DNA from: Phoronis australis
Lineage: Eukaryota; Animalia; Phoronida
Direction: 5' to 3'
Length of the DNA stretch: 64,000 nucleotides
Assembly (NCBI GenBank): GCA_002633005.1
Contig: NMRA01000092.1
Location: 777,116-841,115, forward strand
Shown here: positions 1 through 13,314 of the stretch, in pieces
Numbering within the stretch: position 1 is the stretch's first letter
Layout: each line of letters opens with the position of its first letter
Notes under the pieces: model-generated
The model's input: only the letters and a program-made list of their open reading frames with translations
What the model was told of the DNA's origin: nothing
Databases searched by the model: none
Position numbers and translations under genes: made by a program

Positions 1-172
1 CCCCCCCCCAAATACTAAAACTGCACACATTTAAATCTTGTTTCAGACGTATAATTTTAATTACCCGGGTTAATTAATAAACTCAACCTTTCCCTTCGCT
101 CTTGCTGTTTTATTTTTTTTTGCGGCAGCCAAGGGGGGGGGAGGGCCCCCTGCCCCCCTAAATCCGCCTATG
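1..172. repeat. Dispersed non-autonomous repeat (G/C-run, GGCGGATTTAG terminus), truncated by window start
   Basis: Near-identical to the reverse complement of 57406-57573 (shared ...tttaaatcttgtttcag...ttaattaataaactcaac...gcggcagccaagg...cctaaatccgcct). Confidence 0.8.
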
Positions 173-1567
173 TCATTGGTTAAAATAATGAAACGGACGT
201 CATAACATTCAGTCATTCCCATTGGTTGAAATTTGAGAAACCCCTTTCAGTTTACTGTTACGTAGTATGGCGACCACATTTGACTTGAATAGTTGCAATC
301 AAGGGAACCCCGATCCCGTAGCTAAGTCCAAACAAGTACAGTGCACAGAAGGCGTGTGCAAGTGGTGGCGATGTGATCGATAAACTTCCGACCAAGCATG
401 CGCATTGATGCCCACACACAAAATTCCGTTTGTCGTTCATCATGTTTCCACAGGGCCACTTTTCAGTATAGGTGGCGCTGTGTCAGAGCGTAAGGAAAAA
501 CTTGAGGCAACGGAAATACCGGATGCTCTTGAAGGTGTTTCACTTCTGTGCATGGGGCTAACTTCAATCATAAATACATAGGGGTAAGAGACGACTGAAA
601 TTATGGCTTCATCTGAGAAGGTCTCAAGTCTTTTCTGTCATCCTCACTCATTAATTTGCCTTTTGATGTACTGTTAACAACCCTTGTTTAAGCCTGTTAT
701 TACAGGGGTATTCCGGAGCTTTCGATGACATTCTTCGTATCGATGACTATCTCTACTAACTGAAGTTTGCACACGTCCATCAGAAATTAAACACCGACAA
801 CGTCCGTGTATTTTCGTTTCCTCAATACCCAAGATGTTCCGAATACTACGAGGAATGTATGAGTTTTCTACAAACATATTCGAGGTGTTCTGGTTGACTA
901 CCTCGTAGACACACCGCGATAGGTTGCTCGCAGTTTCGTAAAGAGGTTATGCGAAAACTAAAGCTTTTTCTACCAACGAAATAACATAGTCCTTCACAAA
1001 GTCCGCTGTCCGTTACCATCCAATCGATAGATTTCAAAAACGCGTCTGTTCTTATAACCATATCCAAACTGTGATTTTGTTTAATTTGGGGCATCATATG
1101 CCGCTTATTTTAAAAACCATCTTCGCAAAATGGCCTTTGTTTTCAAATGTAGTCACAGCAACAACATATCTGGTCGTTTTTTATCACGACGTTTACATAC
1201 AAAAAATGCTGTACTTTTTAAAATGTAGATTTCTAGAAAATATGGACTTATGGTCCGGTAATATACTAAAATGAATAAAATTACGTTCCAAAATAAATTG
1301 TTTATAAAATCTTCACTTTCGTCCAATTTCTTCTAGCGCCGGTAACTACTGCGATGCGCTTGCTCCGTTTTGGCTGGCAGTTCAGTGGAGAAGATCAAAC
1401 GATGTCACCGATGCTCTGTAAACATCCAGTCGAATTCAATCGATTCATTTGCCTAAACGATAAGTTAAGTGGAAAACATTCTTTGTCCCACTACAACCGT
1501 TAGCAACCGTTTGGCCTGTGATTGTCGCTTGACTGCTCTTGTTGACGTCAACTCGCTAGGCGCATGC

Positions 1568-1711
1568 TCACGATGTGTGTGCAGTGTAAATATCTTGAGA
1601 ATTGTCTGGTATTAGTCCACAACACAAAAAACGTTTGTATGCGCGTCTGAACTGAGGGTTGATTGAATAGATGAACACATTACACATCGAGTTTAGCCAG
1701 CCCAACCACAC
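1568..1711 (-). CDS. Aminergic GPCR, coding exon 2 (TM7, helix 8, C-tail: VWLGWLNSMCNVFIYSINPQFRRAYKRFLCC...)
   Basis: tatttgcag|GTG acceptor, phase 0 matches the exon-1 donor; WLGWxNS TM7 motif, FRRAY helix 8, CC palmitoylation site, TGA at 1570-1568. Confidence 0.9.
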   Translation of the reverse strand: MWLGWLNSMCNVFIYSINPQFRRAYKRFLCCGLIPDNSQDIYTAHTS

Positions 1712-3646
1712 CTGCAAATAAATATAAGAATTCATAACATCGGTGACTAAGGAAAGATCTGAGTGGGGTTCATTGCCCAACGGGCCAAGTCCGCATTCAA
1801 TTTATTACAGATTTGACAAGTGTCAAGCAGCTAACTGTGTTGGTGTTCAGGTGGAAGCAGTTTTACAAAGTATGGTTCTTTGCATCGGAAAGTACCACGT
1901 TTACAAACAAAGATTAAAGTGCAAATATCCCTGCCTTGTAATGTTTAAAAAGGAAGTTGCATTGTACATTTCCACTGAACGGTATAATAATATATATATA
2001 TTAACAAAATGAAGTATGGTGAATTTATAGAGCGCTGGCAAGATATTGACCTTGTTTGCTTATTCTGAATGAATCATAGCGTCTACTGTGTTTTTTCCCC
2101 ATTGTCAAATTACCTTTGTACATATCAGCACTGTAAGTTAACACCTTAACTGTTCCTTGACTAGAACAAAAAGTTATTGCATCTGTAATTGTATGATCTG
2201 TACCGTACCTATTATATTGAATAAAAAAAACTGTGTTGGGTAAACCATGACCACTGAAAAAACGCCAAAAATACACCCAGGCAACCCCTTTTACTTTATC
2301 TACAATTATCGATGTCAAAAATCAGATTTTTGGAAGACCTGGCACTGTAGGTCTCGTTATAATACATTGATCTTAGTCCAGTAAGTTTGTCTGATGGAGA
2401 AATGGCTGCTCGCAGGACAGAAATAAGTTGAATTCTAGTTCAACACTTGGATGGATCGCTACATGATACCGGATGTCTGTAGCTTTAAGAAGACGTGGAA
2501 ATCACAACAGTGTTAACGTATAGGTTTCACTCACATCTTTGAGACATCTCATGTTCACTTTTGTTATCGAACTTCAAAACAAGTACCTTCGAATCCACCA
2601 TGTATATAATAACCAATATCGTTTGTGCGAGGACCAAAATATATAATCAAAACATTCTTCAGAGATAGCAACGAGGGCAGCTTCTCGCAGGAGAAATGTG
2701 TACGCTCGTAAATAAACCGTATCAACAATTGTACCTTTTTTCACAATTTCGGCAAGCGAAAGCGAAACAAAGCTTCAGCCAAAATACTTCAAGACAATGA
2801 TGCTATTTTGGGCCGTCTGTATTTTAGCTAACATTTGTCTCGTTTTTATAATTTCCAAAAATTAAAGATGTGCAAAGATTATGGAACTTGACCGACATTT
2901 TCATTACGGCCAAATTGATGAACCAAACTGACCCGCTTGTATAATTACCGCATCATTCTTTAATTTAAATCAGAAGCACATCTCAAAAATGCAAATCCCA
3001 CGATGGGACAAGAGACAAATAAAGGTTTCAAATAAAAATCTCATCCTGAAGCAGCTGAAGTGTTTAAGCGGCGATTTAACCGGTGCTTTTCAACTGGTTT
3101 TCGTGAAATGTTTGAGGTTCAACTTTACACCTTATACAAAAATTGAGATATCATTTAAGGCCAAAAACATAATTATGGTTTTTAGCCGACTAATTTTTAA
3201 ACCTGCACTCACTACTTAATTAAAAAAGACCTCGCTTGCATGAGTTTCAGTCAATAGTCTCGAACATTTTCGAAAATCCACACGAAGTCATGCCGTTGCT
3301 TGTTCAGAGAGCCGTAAGTATAAATTTGTAAACGAAGACTGCGGCTCAATGCAGTCATTAGGAGGCGAGACCGTCTCGACCACGAGTTCACCCAGAACTG
3401 CCATCAACGTGTAGTAGAAATCACCGTTATTTCGTGAGAACGCTTAAGAAAGGGGACCAAAAGAAATCTGAAAAAATCAGACTGAAATTGCCCGTTTTCG
3501 TTGTTCTTTGTGCCCTACATTAGAAAATAATTTCATTGTTTTTCGTCTGAAAATACCGTATATGGGAAAATCTGACCGGGTCTATGTAAAATAATGCGCA
3601 AGTATGAGTTTATGGAGTAAATGCCTCCTTCGGGCCTACGCGGGAC

Positions 3647-4046
3647 TGACAATGGCATGGCTGCAGTGACTATGGTATGGCTGCAGTAACAATGGCATGG
3701 GTGCAGTCACAATGGCATGGCTGCAGTAACAATGGCATGGGTGCAGTCACAATGGCATGGGTGCAGTCACAATGGCATGGGTGCAGTCACAATGGCATGG
3801 CTGCAGTGACAATGGCATGGCTGCAGTCACAATGGCATGGGTGCAGTCACAATGGCATGGGTGCAGTGGCTATGGTATGACTGCAGTAACAATGGCATGG
3901 GTGCAGTCACAATGGCATGGCTGCAGTAACAATGGCATGGGTGCAGTCACAATGGCATGGCTGCAGTAACAATGGCATGGGTGCAGTCACAATGGCATGG
4001 CTGCAGTGACAATGGCATGGCTGCAGTGACAATGGCATGGCTGCAG
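3647..4046. repeat. 20-bp minisatellite (AATGGCATGG(G/C)TGCAGT(C/G/A)AC), about 20 units, in GPCR intron
   Basis: Directly visible tandem array; accounts for the repetitive ORFs at 3677-4165. Confidence 0.97.
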
Positions 4047-5478
4047 CATTGAAATTCATTCAAAACTGGTTTGAGTTGAGCAGACAAAAATGCATCTGTT
4101 TTACTCGTCTTATGGGAATTTTCTTCTGGAAAATGAGCAACTGTAAAAGTTTCACACCAAATCATCAGTTTTCAAAGGTCAAGACCAACTAATAAGCTTT
4201 TTGGCCTCAACAGGAATGTTTTTAGAATTTGAGTGACATTACATGCTTTTATCTTGACTTCTGTCTGAAAATTTCGGATTTCCGGTGAAGGCTTTACTCA
4301 TTTTTATTGAAAAAATAATCGCATTTTACATCAATGCACGATAGTGCCCGCAAAATTCAGTATTTGCATGATTATAATGATCAAATACAAGTTGAGCTAC
4401 AGTACGGCGCTTTGCTTTCAAAAAAACTCAGGTTCACAAAGTGATGCAATGATTATGCCGCTCGGTAACAGTGGATGTTCTTTTAAAGTATCCTGCCTAA
4501 AGACATCCAGCTTCTATGAGGCTCACAATACTATAACTACATAACAATTGGTTTACGTCATGAATGTCACCATGAATGCTATAACATATTATGCAATTAA
4601 TTACGTAACTACTATGGTAGTTTCGTTAGAAAACGTTAAACACAAGGATTCATTATTCAGAGATCTGTTTCGGGAAAAACTTCGTTTGACTTAAGTCAGA
4701 AATTTGACCTTTTACCCCACACAAGCATTTCTGACAAATAATTAAATCTCACGAGAAAAAATGCACAGCCTCTTCGAATATACTCGCAAACGCTAATTGA
4801 TACCTTCTATGAATGATTTCTAGACTGTGTTCCGTTTATAATTACTTTGTCAAAACTTTATTCTACAATCGCGAAGTGTGACCAAATTTATGTCTTACGT
4901 CTTACGCCACTTTTCCTTAAACGGAGTCCGGGAATGATTTTGGACCTTAATTAAATGTGGTATAAAAAGGAACAAATATTTGTGTCTAATATTTTTCTAT
5001 GCACCTCAATTGTCAATCGAAATTTATCTTCAACCTGTCTTTTTCTCAGTGATATATCTCGTAGATTCTATTTTCTGAAGAAAACCTCTGAAGTGTTTTA
5101 AGTGTTTTTCGCGTTTTCAGTTTGGACGCTATTTGAATCTGGGCTGACCGAACGTCCACCATTTGTCTTCGTAAAATATTACAAGTTATCTTTGTATCAC
5201 AAGGACGTTGATGTTCACACTGTGCTTTTTGTCTGCAGGTCTGAACACAGGCAGCATTTTTTTTCCGAAAACCATTTTCTATATACCAAACTGTAACCTC
5301 AAAGGCAAATCACTTTAGAAACATGCACTGGTATACCCCATTAGCCTGTCCTATCAAGAGTCTTATCGTTTGAAATTTCATCCGTAATACAATATCGTGC
5401 CAGGCCAAATCGCCATGAACGGCTACATCAAAAACAACGTTGGTATCTATTTTGCATTGCATCACATTATGCCCAAAT

Positions 5479-5634
5479 CAGTGCTGTAGTGGGGCGTAGG
5501 CGCAGGTAGGCGCAGCCAACCACCTTTTGGCATTTGAACGTAGCGCCTACGCACCGTAAGTTACGTTCAGTACTCAAGGTGATACGGTGGGCTTTCGGCG
5601 CCTACTTACCTCTAATTTTACAACTACACCACTG
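5479..5634 (+). mobile_element. hAT-type MITE, copy 1 (~156 bp)
   Basis: TIR CAGTGCTGTAGT...ACTACACCACTG; flanks gcccaaat/gcccaaac (7/8 TSD); homologous to 27155-27310 and 58998-59153. Confidence 0.88.
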
Positions 5635-7873
5635 GCCCAAACAATGCCATATAATGAAGTAAAAGGCAAACACAGACGTCAATCAGTCGAGCAGGCCCTT
5701 TAGTCACTTACAGTAGAAATTGATCACTCAACTGCCTTCACGGCTACAGCCTCAGCAAAAACACAAGGTCTTAGAGCAAAATCTAAATGTTCTTCTAAAA
5801 ACATACCTAAATATTTGTGCTCAGCGTTTTTACTTATGTTACACAGGGCAATAGAAAAATGTCCAATATTCGGCAACTTTGGAACATTGTATCTCAGACA
5901 TGGCTGATCGGATTCACTTTCGGATATTATGCACTATGCACTGTTCTCTATGACGCTGTTAGGAATTGTATTTAAAATGTTCCGCTTTTTCATGAGGGGT
6001 TATCAAGTATAGGACTTATAGGATTTTTATGAAAGAAAGTTGCATAAATGTAAAGGAAACGGTAATTTAGAAAACTGCAACAGCGTTTTTTTAAAGATTT
6101 TTATGTAGTTGAACATTTATGTCATACGAAATGTTAGATCCTGTTGTTTTGCCATGAATCTTTTCTTCTTTTTTGCTAAATTTTCTTAAACAATTAGCGG
6201 CACATTGTTATAAAGTCAAAAATCAAATTCTTCAGAGTTTCTGCTTCCAGACAATGTATACATAAATAAATTCTATAGCTTTGTAGACATTTGGTTAAAT
6301 ACATAAACTCATCCATAAGTTCCTTCATAACCTAAAGTGACGTCATACAATAGACAACATGACAGTTATGACGGACGCAGGAGGCCGCGGGGACAGTTTA
6401 GGTATCACAGTATATGGAGATTGGAATTTGCCTTCTAGTACGACGTGTTTGTTCAAGAGTAATGCGATTTGCTAACCAACAGGGCTGAGCTCCGTAGACA
6501 GCAATGCATCGACTCCCACTTGCGGCGAACATTATTCTGTCATGGAGCGGGACCAGTGAATTCAATCCTACAATTTACTGTAACCCCACCGACTAAACGT
6601 TTCAGTAGCCGTCACTTTGGTAGGATAGGCTAGTAATCTCCCGAGCATACCCGCAAAATAGTCGCCATACACTTCCAATATATTTCTTTCACTCGCAAAA
6701 AACGTGGTCTACGGAACGCTCTCCTGGTCTCTGAATTTGAGCAACAAAGACACAAGCGCCTGATAGCCAACTGCAGCCTCTTCGTGTTTTTCAAACATAG
6801 AGATTGAAATCAAATACGTTCTCACAGAAAAAAAAAAACACAAAACATTCAAACAATCCACTGGGTAGGACCAATGCATCACCGTTGAAATATGTTTAAG
6901 CAAATATGTTGGAAATTGATTTTTGACAAGCTGAAATACTTTGTAAATTAACTTTTTGTTTAATGCTGTTGACATTGCACTTCGCGATTAATTTCGAAAA
7001 TATCTTCGCATTGGCAATCAAACAAAAAAATTAAAATTAGCAAGACAATAGAATTTGTATGGATCAACAACGGTTTACAGAGAAGAGTATGTTACAACAA
7101 ACAATTCAGATTCATTTTTGAATTGATACTACATAGAGGTTGGATCCACACCATTCTGAGAATGTCGTCAAAAAGTTTTATTAGCAAAAATCGATCCGTG
7201 GTTGTAGTTTTGCTTGATATTAACTCTCTGGAATGTTGTCCGTTGTGTGGAATGACCTCTGTTTGTGATTTTTATGATACCACAAAGTAATCCCACTCTA
7301 TAATATAACTACACTGCCGGTATATTTGAGCGTACGCCTTTAAAACATTGCATGTAATAAAACCTCGCCCTCGTGACTAACGTAACGTTATGACATACAT
7401 ACACACAGCTTTGAGTCGGAAGTTATTAGCACGGAGCGACTTGACGATTGGTCAATCGGGGTAAAAGTATGTTACATGAAGTTTAAGTAACAATAATGAA
7501 AAAGAAGAACTCCTGGGCTATTAATTATGAAAAATATACAGTTAAAAGTACTATAAACAGCCGGTTTCAACCTGTTCCTCTCAGAGAACTGAAGTGATTC
7601 TGGGCATTGAGAAGACCATACTCGGTGCAGAAATGGGCAGAGAAACATGTCGAAGACTTCTGTTAGTGTAAGTTATTCGGTTCTTACACACGTAACCAAG
7701 GAGCTGGTTTGAACACAACCCCACAGGGAGAAGAGGTTCGCTCACGAGCAGCTCAGGTGTGTCTCAGCCTAAATCTTTACAAATTTGTTCGCTGGGGAGG
7801 GGGAGTGAGGAGACAAATAATAATTTCGCAACCGCCCGTTGCATAACTGGCAAGGTACTTAATTGACACTTAC

Positions 7874-8767
7874 GAAAGACAGGAACAAGTCCAAGACTCC
7901 AGGAACGCACAAGAACATCGCCGTGTCGACAGTGATGAAGAGATTGATGAGGAAGAAAGGCATCCAACAGATGAAGAAGATAAGGAGGACAAGCGCAATG
8001 GTCTTGGTTGCCTTATTATTGTTCTTTTTCGCTCCACCACCGCCACCGAAGTTAGCTTGCGCCTTGTCCATGTCGGCAATTTGCCGCGCGTGCCGCCTGG
8101 CAATCTGAAGTACCCGTATATAGAGCACGAGCAGCACGACGAATGGCACGTAGAAGGAGCACATAGAGGAAGCTATTGCGTAGGCCGGCTTCATGGACGG
8201 CTTACAAAACGGGGTGTCGGGCTGAACGGCAGTGATATAAAAAGACTGCTCGCCCTCAATCTGGTACGCTTCACTTAGGATAGGTCCAAATGAGATTCCT
8301 GCCGCGATAATCCACGCAGTGATAATCATTATCAATGCAACCTTCTTGGTTATGATTTCGTGGTACTGAAATGGTCGCGTGACGGCAATATATCGTTCAA
8401 TAGATATCAAAAGAAGATTATAAATGGAAACAGTTGACAGGCACACGTCAAGACTGAACCACAGCAGGCAGTAATGTCCGAAAGGCCAGACGCCTGAGCC
8501 GAAGTCTTGCACCATGGCAAATGGCATCAAACAAAAACCTACCAGAAAGTCAGTGATGGCAAGATTGATAATGAAATAGTTCGTGATCTTGGTTCGCAAA
8601 GCTTCATACTTTAACACAGCACATATAACGAGTAAGTTACCAAATATGGTGATGACTACCGCGGTGGACAGGATAATCAGTATAAAGTATTTCCAGTCCC
8701 CGAGGTTCACAATTGGCCGGGGATCCCAGCAGTCAGAGCACAGACAATCGCTGGTGTTGTTAGACAT
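7874..8767 (-). CDS. Aminergic class A GPCR (D1-like dopamine / beta-octopamine / H2-like Gs group), coding exon 1 (TM1-TM6, ECL3); spliced product ~345 aa
   Basis: ATG at 8767 (MSNNTS, N-glycosylation sequon); GNxLV, NLAITD, WPFG, D3.32 in SLDV, ERY, TM5 ASSMCSFYVP, CWMPFF; donor TTC|gtaagt after 7874. Confidence 0.92.
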
Positions 8768-11700
8768 ACTAACGGTCGCCAATATTCTCGAAAGAGTTTT
8801 TCACGACAGTCCTTTAAAGTATAGAAACAGACAATTTCGAATGATACCTCTCATACAACCCAACTTGTCGAACAAAATACGAGTGTTGTCAACAACGACA
8901 AAGTATTCAGCAAGTGTACTCAGAAAAGAGCGACGTAGTCACCACTGTTGACGTATGCTTGTTATTAGAACTTTCCGGAGATATTAACCTCAACGATTGT
9001 TTTATTGTTTCCAATGAACTGAACCATTAAATCTAGTACACTCCTTGGCTTGCCATCGATTTGTCCAACAATTAAGCAATAAACGATCGCAATTAGTGAT
9101 CGCTCGCACTTGCAACAATGATTATGGCTCTGTTTCACATTAGTGTTATTCTCAAAATCACGTCTGAAGAACGTCAATGCTTAACTCTGTTTTGTGTTTC
9201 GCAAGTTCTGAAAAAACGAACACCGAAATCCTCTATATGCTCAAAACACACACCCGGACTTTTTTCCGCATCCTCTGGTCACTTGTCCATTAAGAACTAA
9301 TTGCTTGTCGGTAACAACGTCTTTGCTCGTCAATATGCAACTTTCTTGGTTTCCTTCAAAAGTCACGTACTTCGATTAAAGGCTATGTTTAATCTTTGTC
9401 AAAGACACACAGTTCTGCTTGTAAACTAGTTCGATGAATGCCGATCACAAGTTGAGGATTTGTGTATACGGTGAGTGACAAACATGGTCTGCGCCAAACG
9501 TCGATGTTACTATGGCGCGGTTGTTTGCTTAGTACTGGTCTATTGTCCTTTGACGTGCGATCCTGGAGGAAAGAGTAAAAGGTGTATTATTGGTTAATGA
9601 TCGCAATAAAACATTGTCAATAGAGACGGCGATATAAACTTTAAGGCTGATTGAATTTTATAAACCAAGAACGCGTCAATTAAAAAGGAAATTTTCACTC
9701 TCTGGCGTTAATGGCTTGTGTGGTCTCCCAGGAAAGAGATGTTTTTTGAAATAACACGGGCATACAAATGCACGCTTACACAAATAAACATTATGCAAAA
9801 ACCACAAACACTGCTCAGTCGCATAACTCCAATAAATACAGTTTCTACTGACTGAAGTGAGACCTTTTGCACTGACATTTAAAACATGGAGGCAACGGTG
9901 TAGGAAAGAACATTAATTTGTTAAATTCATAGAAATCAAATTCAATTCTGACACTTAGAGTTCAAATAGCACGTGTTAAGGTGTCCATTGTGAAATGGAA
10001 AAGAGAGAAGAGAAAATTCAAATACATGTCCACAGAAGATCTAAGGCTCCCCCAGTCTTAATGGAGACCACGTGGTACAATGTACACAATACTAAATGAA
10101 AAAATAGTGTATCACTACTCGTAATACTATCTTAATATTAAACTTTTTAAAATCGTGTTTTTTAATTACGGATCGTTTAAACTTAGCTTTCCATCACATT
10201 GCAGTTGTACGTCTAAGAAATGAAGTCACTTTTAGCAGTTTTTTCGTTTCTGAAACTTTTCGAAAATTTTTCAATGAGTGCTCCTTTCACAGCATTTCGC
10301 AAAAAATGTTTCGCATTAGTTTGTGAAATTGTTACCGTCACGTGTGTATACTTTAAAAATAGGGCGATTATTACTATTGGTATACATTCCAACACACAGA
10401 AAAATTTGCGAAATGTTGCGGTGAAGTAGACCTCTTGAAGGTATCAGTTTTGACTAGAACTATAGAACAACAAAATCCGTTGTGTTTTAGTGATTTTATT
10501 ACAAATGGCCAATTCTCGCCGCTGGCTGCCAATCATTCGGTGAAATCCAGACCGATGACTCTTATCATTTAAATGCTTTTAAAGTTGCTTGCATTTCGCC
10601 CTGTTTAGCTGAGCAAAAAACGGAGATTGAGCCTTTCACTCCTATATAACTAGTCTCCTAATACTCCTAACCGTGATAGGATCTATTTCCGTTACCAACA
10701 AGACCATTGAAATCCTCAGCCACTTCAAAAAAAAAAAATTCAGAGTATATTGGCGTTTAGGCCAACAATAAAAGTGCGTATTCGAAAAATGCGCATGTAC
10801 GCATTACCTGTGACTTAATTGAATTGCCGACTCATTCCACAAGAATTCAAGATCGGGTGAGTATGATAATGTTGTTAACCCCAAAGTGTTACGTTTAAGA
10901 ATTAATCATAAGCAGCTGAACAGCGGCAAAATGGAACTTTAAAATACTAGACTATTTATCGGATAGAGTATAGCTCCGCTAGCAAAACGTTGGACTGCGA
11001 CCGCTGCGGTTAATCTAAAAAAAAACACTTTTCTCGACCAATTTTATTTCAATAATAAGCAATAAAACGCTTTAATTTTGATTATACCGCGGTCTTCATA
11101 GAAATAAGAGCATCTCGATATCCAAAAATGAGAAAGAAATGTTCTACTTATGATAAAACACATACTTAAAAGGAAATCTTACCTAAAGTGAGCATGGGGA
11201 AGAGAATTATAGAATGTCGGCTTTCATAATGCGATGAGTGTGTTAAATAAATGTTTTTATATTTATACATATTTACACATGTATTCGCGAGTTCACAGCC
11301 AATCATAGCGCCCGGCATTTGCTTGGATACACTATAAAACTGACCAATGAAACGATGTGTTTGCAAGCAACAGATATGTTTTGCTGACCGAGACAGCTTT
11401 ATAGAGCGTGACACGTGTATACTACTTCAATGAACCTCGCATCCTTAATCGCCAGAGGCTACTGTTACGTAACGTAACTGAACAGTAGGCATGCATTGAT
11501 TTTTGATCAGCCACTTCCCAATTCGAACGTTATGATCAATAAATTGCTGTTGGATCGATGGCCATCTTATTTGAAAACGTTGCAATTTATGTATAAAACT
11601 GCGATCATTTTTACTTGCTGACATTTGGTTAATTATATCTTGGTCTTTATAATAATTAACAATTGAGCGATGTATTTTAACCTTTAAAGATGCCTTCTTA

Positions 11701-11815
11701 AATATTTTAACTATGTCTGTAAACTACACAGATCTTGGGAACGACTTCGTTCCTCACCGCCAGGACTTAGTTAAGATTATGTGAGACCTTATCGACAAAT
11801 GTAGTTATATATGAT

Positions 11816-11883
11816 TGTGTGTGCGTGTGCGCACGTATGCGCGTGTGTGCATGTCTGTGTGTATGTGTGTGCGTTTGTGTGTG

Positions 11884-11926
<43 letters not shown>
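11816..11926. repeat. (TG)n microsatellite, partly degenerate
   Basis: Visible GT/GC dinucleotide run. Confidence 0.95.
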
Positions 11927-11929
<3 letters not shown>

Positions 11930-12979
11930 GATGGGACTTTTTTACCAATCTGTTATAATTGGATCACGTGACAATGTCTTTTTAGTAAAGTTTAGACAAA
12001 AAGAAAAGTACAGCCATAAATTTGTCCCGCCTTGTGGAAGAATCGTGTCTTGCTGATGAATTATGACAGCGAAAATATCTAGCAGCATACCGCACTCATA
12101 ATTGGAATAAATGCCCCTCCCCCCCGGTCTACACAGGGCCGTTGCACTGCCACTGGCAACGGTTGTCTTGTTTTCGCCGGTTTCCTGGAAAGTATAATTC
12201 CTTGTGTACTCATTATCCATACTTGGTCGACCAATTTAGTCTTCTTTAAAAATTGATCAAGCTGCACTTAGAAAAGTCATTTCGCAGATACCGGACGATC
12301 CCTGCAGGGCTATAAAATTATTAATTTAACATGGCAATTTACGAAATCGATACTTGTAAGCTTTGATATAGCCACTTTATAAATGACTTAACCTTGAGCA
12401 ATAACGCGTGGTCGCATTTAAACAAAAATGGCTAAATTAAAACCACACAAGAACGGAGGAAATCTAGATTTTGGAAATCGGTCAAGTAGTGTTCGTTTCC
12501 GTATTGAAAAGAAAGTGACCAGTTTGTACAAGGAAATCAATCAATTCAAGAAAAGTAAAGAGGCTTTGAGCCTGTCCGGTATGTCGAGTTTAGTGCAACC
12601 CAGGTACCCGAGTTCACCGCGAGTATATTAAGTACTTAAGCACTATAAATGCTTCAAGTCAAAATCAAAATTAAATGCGTTCCCTCTTCCTTATTCATAA
12701 CGAGAACTACATGCATTCATTTTTGAATTTATAAAAAGCAGAACATTTGCTGCTGTTAATATTATCCGCAGAAGTTACGAGTCCCACTAGAATTGAAAAA
12801 GAGAATGTAATCAGGTTGCGTCTATTTAGGATTGATGAAACAGTACACACATTAGAAAGTTTCAACAAAATTACTTGTATGCGTTCAGGTACTTAGATAT
12901 GCTTTGACGAGACTAAATGCCGAAGTAATTATCTTATGATTGTTAAACAGGCAGACATAAGGGTTTTGCCGTATATGAG

Positions 12980-13314
12980 GGAACATTGTCCTTCTTGCAA
13001 TGCGGATAAAATGACTCAGAATTCCATTTTTACAGGAATGATCATTGCGTGAGGAGACGAGAAACCGATGCCTTCGACAATGTGTCCATGCATTAGAAAT
13101 GTTATGTTTAAGAGACTCTTTGAGACACAAAACAAGACGTTAAAATTAACATGTTTATTGTACACGCACAAACACTGCGTGTACAGTTAACGCGTTTATT
13201 GTACACGCACTGTCTCTCGTATACAATAAATGTGTTAATTGTATACGCATTGTCTCTCTATGTGTGCAATTAAAACGTTTATTGTACACGCAGAGACAGT
13301 GAGGACAATGTTCC
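12980..13314. mobile_element. MITE-like element with 13-bp TIR and internal GTTTATTGTACACGCA repeats
   Basis: GGAACATTGTCCT at 12980 and AGGACAATGTTCC ending 13314; repeated and inverted tgtacacgca units at 13150-13295. Confidence 0.6.

Noticed and set aside
258-1274. Short Cys-containing ORFs (CGHQCAC; GLCEGLCYF)
   Set aside because: No complete recognisable domain or consistent splice pattern; possibly decayed repeat sequence
3677-4165. Repetitive ORFs (MAAVTMAWVQSQWHGCS...)
   Set aside because: Translations of the 20-bp minisatellite, not genes
8768-8782. TTG start given in the ORF track for the GPCR
   Set aside because: Eukaryotic gene; the first in-frame ATG is at 8767
7764-8951. Plus-strand and alternative-frame ORFs over the GPCR exon
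   Set aside because: Shadow ORFs of the GPCR coding sequence
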